Positions 52,985 through 60,000 of a stretch of 60,000 nucleotides of DNA are shown piece after piece. The stretch comes from Laetmonice hystrix. Taxonomy: Eukaryota. Location: assembly GCA_965235115.1 (NCBI GenBank), contig OZ249436.1, positions 36,892,001 through 36,952,000 on the forward strand. The letters run 5' to 3'. The stretch's first letter is position 1. Every line of letters starts with the position of its first letter. The position numbers and the translations under genes are program-made. A model generated the notes under the pieces. That model was not told the DNA's origin. It saw only the letters and a list, made by a program, of their open reading frames with translations, and searched no databases.

Positions 52985-54608
52985 ATTCTGCGTCGGCTGC
53001 GATGACCTTGCTGACCTTCACGTCTGGAATGATGTGCTTGCCATTGTAGTCCACTAGATATCTGCTGAACCACGAAAGGTCTGCCTGTGTGCTGGCATCT
53101 GCTTCTATAGGGCCGTCATGTGTTCGTCGTAGAGCTGCGAGCAGTCTGCCCATGAACGTACGGACCGGCCTGACCACCTTGGCCAGATGGTTGACTAGGC
53201 CAGCAACCGATTGCAGGTCATTCCGGGACAAAGTTTTTTGTTTTGATTTTTGGGCCAAAGAGTCTTTAATTTGGTTAAGCTTTTGTTGCGGTATTGAGAG
53301 AATATTGGCATCAAGGTCAATGTTAATGTCGAGCCATGTGATGTTACGAGCCGGTGGCTGAGCTTTGTTGGGGGCTGGCGTTAATCCCAGTGTTATGAGA
53401 AATTCGCAGATCTCAGTGTATTGTGCATTGGCCATTCTCCCACCTACTGAGATACATAAGCTGTCATCGAGGTAGATGCGAGCGGTGATGCCACGGATGG
53501 CCAGGGCTCTAACAATGAATTGTGATGCCGTTTGCATTACATAGCTAGACATTCTGGTCCCAAACGGGAGTGACCTGTCAAAATAGTATCCCTTGTTCGT
53601 GTGGATCACTAGGAGTGGCCAGTCTAGTGGACAAACGTTAAAGTGTCTGTACGCGCGTCGGAGATCCGTCACTGACAGGTATGCGCGTTGTCTGCCGATG
53701 GCAGTGATGATCTTGATGGCGTCATCTATGGTAGGGAGCGTATGCTCAACTGCTTGGCCGTTGAACCGATGTGATGTGATGTCCTTGTTGATGCCACCAT
53801 CAGCAAAGGAGAGGTCGACTTTTGTGCGGCGTTTTCCTTGTTCTGACTTCTCTTTCGTCATTAGTGGGCTTACAACACACCAGGGGGTGAACGGTGGCGT
53901 CGAATAGGAACCACCAATTGCCTGGTGGCCGACGTCCGTGTCCATGTAGTCGTGTACTTGTTTTGTGTACCGGTTAGCTGACGGATAGTTGTCCGGTTTG
54001 TAGTTGTACTTCGGAGAGCCATGAAATTGTAGGGAAAATCCATGTTTTATTCCGTTGATGACCATGAGGTCGTCTGGATGTCCCGTGCAGTTTTCCTCCC
54101 ATTTCTTTATGTTGAGGCATGTTGGTAATTCCAATTGAGCGCCAGCATAGTTGCGACATCCCCGAGCCTTGACTAGGTCATATATGTATGCCAGGTCGTG
54201 AGGTAAGTCTTTCGCGGGGAAGGGCCATTTGGAGAAGTCCGGGACTGCAGGGTGATCGTATGGGTCACCGTCAGCTGTAGGACTGTATGACGCATCTACC
54301 TCCCAAGGCCGATTGTCTTCGTGCTCTACTGGTGAGAGAGCCATGTATGGGTATCCGATGCGTTGCATGAACGCTGGGAGATTGTGATGTTCGATGTTGC
54401 TTTGCTTATGTGTAATGTTTGACCTCAGGGGGTCATGACGCGGGGTCATCGGGTGGCTGTCGTCTAACCGGTAGACTGCCAGGTGGGCGCTCACTTGTGT
54501 TGTGAGGTCCGTTTGTTGTGATTGGCTTGAGCCATTTTGTGCTGGCGCACTGTAGTTGACCTCATTGTAGCTGAGGCCCGCCTTGAGTCGGTTGTCGCCC
54601 GTTCTCAT
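52983..54608 (-). CDS. pol: Reverse transcriptase of the DIRS-order element, truncated at the start of RNase H
   Basis: 541-aa ORF: SPLMTKEK..VDLSF, DLRRAYRH..DWPLL, LPFGTRMS, IYLDD, SVAGLVNHLAKVV; ends VIAADAE. Confidence 0.92.
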   Translation of the reverse strand: MRTGDNRLKAGLSYNEVNYSAPAQNGSSQSQQTDLTTQVSAHLAVYRLDDSHPMTPRHDPLRSNITHKQSNIEHHNLPAFMQRIGYPYMALSPVEHEDNRPWEVDASYSPTADGDPYDHPAVPDFSKWPFPAKDLPHDLAYIYDLVKARGCRNYAGAQLELPTCLNIKKWEENCTGHPDDLMVINGIKHGFSLQFHGSPKYNYKPDNYPSANRYTKQVHDYMDTDVGHQAIGGSYSTPPFTPWCVVSPLMTKEKSEQGKRRTKVDLSFADGGINKDITSHRFNGQAVEHTLPTIDDAIKIITAIGRQRAYLSVTDLRRAYRHFNVCPLDWPLLVIHTNKGYYFDRSLPFGTRMSSYVMQTASQFIVRALAIRGITARIYLDDSLCISVGGRMANAQYTEICEFLITLGLTPAPNKAQPPARNITWLDINIDLDANILSIPQQKLNQIKDSLAQKSKQKTLSRNDLQSVAGLVNHLAKVVRPVRTFMGRLLAALRRTHDGPIEADASTQADLSWFSRYLVDYNGKHIIPDVKVSKVIAADAE

Positions 54609-54904
54609 TGATTGAGTGTTATTTTCGTGACTGTTTTCCCCGTATACTTGTTAGCCACAACGGTCTCCATAGCAGGTATGCTGGTTGGCGTCGGGGACCG
54701 CTGATGGGTGTGCTTTTGTTGACGGCAGATCAACCCCTGCGGCACACGCATCAGAACTGTTTGTGATCTCGGCGTCGGACCCGTTAACACTTGTATTTAT
54801 TAATTCGGGTGTATCGTCACCGTCATCCGTTGCAATTATCTGGAGGGTGTTTGACTTCGCCCCTACCCTTGGTAAGTATTCATTGGAGGGTAAGGGGTCA
54901 CTGC

Positions 54905-56218
54905 CTAGTTTTTTGGAGTCGATCGATTATTGTTGCCTGGGGCCTGGGCGTCTGACTTCTGCTGATGTAGTTCTTTTGATCGGGGCATCCGGTTGCTCAG
55001 CCACGTGTTGTTGATGTTTCCCCTTGCAATGGTGTTGATCTGGTGACCGTCAGTTATGTCGTCCACCTTATGAAGGAGTCGTTTCTTCTTGTTGCACAGT
55101 TTTGCTGGGTGCGAGTTTTCAGCCTTCAGCCCATACCAACATACGGCACATACATGTTTCATGGCCATGCCAGCCACCCGGTGCTCGTCCTCATGCCCAC
55201 AGCTTTCATCATTGTATTGAGGACATGGGGTCAATAATTGGGACGGCGCACAACCTTTGAGCCACGATGTGCGCATTCTCTCAGATGCAAATAGGTTGTG
55301 GTCAAACCACGTAGCTTCTCCTGACTTTACATAGTCAAAGCAATTGGAGGTCCATTCCTGCACACTCTGCCACACCAGCTGATCTGCGTCCTCTGCCACC
55401 TGGCCAAGATGATAGAGCATGGCCTGGGGTTCACTGCCATCGGGAACTACGTCAGTCAACATTCTGGCAAAGCCACAGACATATTGTTCAAATGACATTA
55501 CTTTGTTGCTGGCCTTGACCCTTTTTCGCATATCTGGGGGTAGACAGTCATATGGGCGTGAGATGCGAGCTCTGAATGACTTCCTACCTTTATGGTGTTC
55601 AGCTGGCCCGTACGCATTAGCCAGTGCTTCGTCCGCAGCGGCTCGTGCGTGCACATTGTTGGTAAGTCGGCGTGGCGATATTGTGGCGTCAGTTTCCTCG
55701 GACGTATATTCGAAAGAGTCTGTCCATGAGGGTGATTCAGACGGCCTTGTGCGGCGGCGGCGGGACGTAAGTTTCTTCTTTGTGTGCTGGGTGCGTCGTT
55801 GTATGCCGGTCCTCGGTGGGTGCGACGGGGGCCTGCTGTGGAGGCGGTCCGTGCTGTGGTCGTCGCTGTCCCTTCTACCATGTTGCCCCTGACTGGCGGG
55901 GCGGGACTGCTGCCCGGCCCGGTCGTGGTCGTCTCGGCTGACTCGACTTGTGGTTGCAAGATTTTCCATAATTTCTCCGAGGGTTTTTTCCATGCGGTGC
56001 ATGCGTTCGTCCATTTCCGCCTGTCGTTGCTGCGCTGCGGTTAGCTTCTTTGGGCGTTGAGCTGGTGTAGAAGGCACGTCGGAGTCGTTTGTCTGGTTCT
56101 GGGGCTCGTCATTTAGCTGGTCCTCTGGATCAGGTGACTCGGCTAATTGCACCGGCGGGTGGTGTGGCGTCGCTCTCGCCCTCGCTGCCCGGCGTTTTCG
56201 GGTTGACTTTGATGCCAT
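54905..56218 (-). CDS. gag: Gag-like ORF1 of the DIRS-order element
   Basis: 437 aa; low-complexity basic N-terminus, predicted coiled coil, Cys/His cluster CPQYN..C..H..HVCAVC..HPAKLC; lies between A1 and RT. Confidence 0.85.
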   Translation of the reverse strand: MASKSTRKRRAARARATPHHPPVQLAESPDPEDQLNDEPQNQTNDSDVPSTPAQRPKKLTAAQQRQAEMDERMHRMEKTLGEIMENLATTSRVSRDDHDRAGQQSRPASQGQHGRRDSDDHSTDRLHSRPPSHPPRTGIQRRTQHTKKKLTSRRRRTRPSESPSWTDSFEYTSEETDATISPRRLTNNVHARAAADEALANAYGPAEHHKGRKSFRARISRPYDCLPPDMRKRVKASNKVMSFEQYVCGFARMLTDVVPDGSEPQAMLYHLGQVAEDADQLVWQSVQEWTSNCFDYVKSGEATWFDHNLFASERMRTSWLKGCAPSQLLTPCPQYNDESCGHEDEHRVAGMAMKHVCAVCWYGLKAENSHPAKLCNKKKRLLHKVDDITDGHQINTIARGNINNTWLSNRMPRSKELHQQKSDAQAPGNNNRSTPKN

Positions 56219-56958
56219 GTCTTAGTCAATTATGTGGGTGACTGTAAATCTTCACGCTTTGTAAATGTCCATTTGAGTGTATCGCGTGAGCGTATGAGTA
56301 TGCAGTAGGCCTATGCGTGCTAAAATGCGAGTTAATAATCCTTATGGAGTCGGGAGTCCGTAAAAGAAAACGTCCGGGTCCCTCCGCAGTCAGTTCAGAA
56401 TTGAAGTATTGGTGCCCGGATATCGGGCAGGTGACGTATGTGGGCGTGAGAGAGGAACGAGAGGGATTTAGGAACCGGGGCCCGACTCCTGCCATAATGA
56501 CCGGTAATCAAATAGTCATTTTATTACTCGCCTAATTAATTATTGGTTCCAGCTAAAAAAAAATTCTAACAGTGTAATTATACCTCCGTATATCTTTCTT
56601 TCACGGGAAAGTTGGATTCTGAGTGTTTGTTGCAAGATGACTTTACATTTAGGAAGAACTTAATGTCTGGCAAACTTGTTGCTTCAAATTGAAGGAGAGT
56701 GCGCGGTAAGGCCTGCCGTCTCCCTTTGGGGTCAACTCCATGGGGAAAGGGGTAAGAATGATCGTCAGCTCCGTAACGGGGACATCAAAGGTATGTCCAG
56801 CCGTGTATGTCTGACTGGGAATAGACCCTTTGTTATCTTTCGAAAAGAGGATGGTTTGCCTCCCGGCGGAAGGTTTCTTTCTCAATTCATCATCATACAC
56901 TGCTCCAACGGACTCAGTCAACGTCCTTAAAACCACGCTCCCCCCACTTAGTTCCGCA

Positions 56959-57153
56959 CAAAGCTCCTTTTTTAGGGGAGTGGCGGTGGCCGAGTGGGCA
57001 TGGGTGTCGACACCTTATGCTATGCGAATGGGTGCAGTAATCTTGGCGCCGGGGTTCGATTCCTGTAGAGGACTATACAACTTTTCTCTTTAGGGACATT
57101 GTCAAAGTAATTGGGTTACCCCTGATGCCCGTGCATTTCAAAAGAAAAATACA
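56959..57153 (+). repeat. 195-bp unit with tRNA-like head, copy 1
   Basis: A box TGGCCGAGTGG 56987-56997, B box GGTTCGATTCC 57053-57063, TTTT shortly downstream. Confidence 0.75.
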
Positions 57154-57290
57154 GTCTACGCCAGTGCCAGGATTACCTTAACAGTCAATGTTCGGTAGAA
57201 ATCATGTGTAGCTCTAACTAGGAAAATATGGATTCCGTCTCATTTCGGAAGATGTGTGTAGGGGGAGGGTCCATTGTCCTGCTCGACCAC

Positions 57291-57485
57291 CAAAGCTCCT
57301 TTTTTAGGGGAGTGGCGGTGGCCGAGTGGGCATGGGTATCGACACCTTATGCTATGCGAATGGGTGCAGTAATCTTGGGGCCGCGGTTCGATTCCTGTAG
57401 AGGACTATACAACTTTTCTCTTTAGGGACATTGTCAAAGTAATTGGGTTACCCCTGATGCCCGTGCATTTCAAAAGAAAAATACA
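57291..57485 (+). repeat. 195-bp unit with tRNA-like head, copy 2
   Basis: Near-identical direct repeat of 56959-57153 (about 3 substitutions). Confidence 0.8.
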
Positions 57486-58019
57486 CCTGTCCGATGTTGG
57501 AGCAGGTTGGAACTGCCGTATTATGAATAGTAACTACGTATACACCTGTCCGATGTTGGAGCAGGTTGGAACTGCCGTATATAATAAATAGTAACTACAC
57601 CTGTCCGATGTTGGAGCAGGTTAGAACTGCCGTATATAATGAATAGTAACTACACCTGTCCGATGTTGGAGCAGGTTAGAACTGCCGTATATAATGAATA
57701 GTAACTACACCTGTCCGATGTTGGAGCAGGTTAGAACTGCCGTATATAATTAATAGTAACTACACCTGTCCGATGTTGGAGCAGGTTAGAACTGCCGTAT
57801 ATAATGAATAGTAACTACACCTGTCCGATGTTGGAGCAGGTTAGAACTGCCGTATATAATGAATAGTAACTACACCTGTCCGATGTTGGAGCAGGTTGGA
57901 ACTGCCGTATATATAAATAGTAACTACACCTGTCCGATGTTGGAGCAGGTTGGAACTGCCGTATATATGAATAGTAACCACACCTGTCCGATGTTGGAGC
58001 AGGTTGGAACTGCCGTATG
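57482..58019. repeat. Minisatellite, 55-bp unit, about 10 copies, with an internal hairpin
   Basis: TACACCTGTCCGATGTTGGAGCAGGTTAGAACTGCCGTATATAATGAATAGTAAC. Confidence 0.95.
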
Positions 58020-60000
58020 TACATGTAGTAAAGTGCAGCAGATAGCTAGTCCTCCCGATGATACAGAACTTACCACTGTCCTGCGAGAGTGTGGCTTTAA
58101 CATTTAAAGGGATGCGACTTCTTTGTAACACGTGTTCATGATACAAAGGACGACTCAATTATTGTTTAATCAACAGCAGGTGTTCATTAGGATTTCATTG
58201 TAGGTATATGACGACGAATGTGGGAGTTATTGAAGAAGTGGGTTCATTTCCTCAGATATACCTTCAGATCATTAAAGAATACAGCATTATCGACTTTTCT
58301 CAGCGTATGGATTAAATTCCTTCTGAAACCTTTCCACTCGTACCCATCTGATTGACTATAACACCTTCTCATTAATTTTTCACTCGGAAGCACACAAGAA
58401 TGACTAATCCATCACCCATCCAACATATTTCCCATTGGAGATTTCTGCAAGTACAACGTTAAAGAGACTAAACTTCCTCATTCGGATTGAAAAGAGAATA
58501 ATGATGGGAAACGTGTTCAATAATTTCCATGTACTTCAAACTAACGGGCTCTGCATTTTTTACATTACTATACATTACCAGAGTAACACCCTTCAAAATG
58601 GCCAGAATAACATCTCAGATGTATGCGTGGTTACAAACCCGCTAACGACAGACAAATAGTTGGAGGATCACTTTTGTAACACGAACAATTGAAGCCGTTT
58701 AATCATGGCTGTTAACAATCTAAACAATGATTCTTCCTGTCTTTTAGAAAATCACTATAGAATCAATAATTTGTTGTTGTGCCAGTGTTAAACAACACTT
58801 GAAGAACAACAATAACAGGCAGGTTTCTTTACGATGCCATACTATTATTTTAACGGTCTTTTCATTGATCACATCGATAAAATCGGGCCTGTGACATTGA
58901 ACTTCGGGTTTGTCATGGGTTTTCCTGATTGTAGATCTGACATGCCCCCCTTTTAGTCAGCTCCCTAATAGAACCCCCTCCCTTTAAAAAATATATATCC
59001 CTCCCTGTATATACTGCAATGCATCATGTTTTTGCCTGAATTACAGCCAGTATATAAACAGAATGGCGGCTGACGAATGGACGGGAGACTCACCAGAGTG
59101 ATGGTCCTGAAAGACCTCCTGAAAGGCATCACGCAATCAAATATCAAGAATCGGATTGCGGATCAGGGTCTTGTCTACGATAGCGACTGCAGATATATCA
59201 TGATGGCGAAACAGTGGAGCCTTGCAGCACGCCAAAAGAACATTTATATAACTGAAATGCATCAAAAATAAATTCGCATTGAGCCCTCTTTCAGGCTTCG
59301 CGAACCATCTCTTCATCATCCAGCATCACAATCCTCGCCACTGTGAATGCACTCCGAAAGTTATAAGTTATAACCGGCACGCGTGATAAAATAATCTCGT
59401 TTGATTAGGATTACGATACATTCTAAGTATAGCCAACGACGGCTTTGCAACGGATAAGTTCCTTTTGGAACCCACTTTATGGATATGGGATCCGCCCGGT
59501 TCTCAAGAGTGTAGTTAATAGATTTGTGTACTGCTCCCCTACCACTTTACACCGGGTGGGAGACAGCCACTGAAGTGGCCACTTAGTGATAAGACTTTAC
59601 GCCGTCACAATTTTACATGGCTATACGACGTCGGCCATTTACCCACCTCAGGAGAATACGGCACGGCGAAACAGCGCGTAAAAGTAATTGTGAGGTATAC
59701 CACCAACGCCAAGAGATCCCTGATTATACAAAAAACTGATATGATCAACACGTCATACATCAATCTTCCCACAGATCCCGCAACAAATTCAACAATGTTA
59801 GGGTTGAGATAACTGTTGGAATTTTGATGGAACATACTGTAATAACAGAGAGTTTCAAGTACGAGTTTTCGTCTCAATGAACTACGATCTGACAGTCTCC
59901 CCCTATCAAAGCTGATTATGGCATCACTAAAATTAAACCACATATCTACACAGCACCCGCGACATAATAAATAGCCTGCCTCTATAAGCGGTCAGCATTG

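Larger units (their letters stand above)
51986..56533 (-). mobile_element. DIRS-order tyrosine-recombinase retrotransposon (Ngaro/PAT-type, split direct repeats), internally deleted
   Basis: Minus-strand order A1(56533-56366), gag, RT, YR remnant, B1(52528-52349), A2(52349-52182), B2(52165-51986); A is 168 bp with one mismatch seen, B is 180 bp and looks identical. Confidence 0.93.

Noticed and set aside
56980..57075. Functional tRNA gene
   Set aside because: A and B boxes are present but I could not form an acceptor stem or assign an anticodon arm
57482..58019. CRISPR-like array of hairpin repeats
   Set aside because: No unique spacers (linkers are near-identical), no cas genes, eukaryotic context

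Overview
Eukaryotic, repeat-dense, apparently intergenic or intronic DNA; the repeat types and SINE tails suggest a marine invertebrate (inference). I found no host protein-coding gene, rRNA, convincing tRNA gene or CRISPR array. The only long ORFs belong to a young DIRS-order (Ngaro/PAT-type) tyrosine-recombinase retrotransposon on the minus strand (51986-56533). It has split direct repeats, gag and RT, but an internal deletion joins the start of RNase H to a broken recombinase, and it is unexpectedly flanked by a 13-bp duplication inside a symmetric site. The rest is nested mobile DNA: a Tx1/L1 relic inside an Academ-like shell, TTAA Kolobok-like and TWA/CWG Harbinger-like MITEs (some inserted into each other's target duplications or into their own family), CAG-ended MITEs with 5-bp TSDs, a TGT..ACA fold-back with a 6-bp TSD, tRNA-like units, faint Gypsy/LINE relics and three minisatellites. 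Everything was read by eye; superfamily names are inferred from termini and TSDs, not from database searches.
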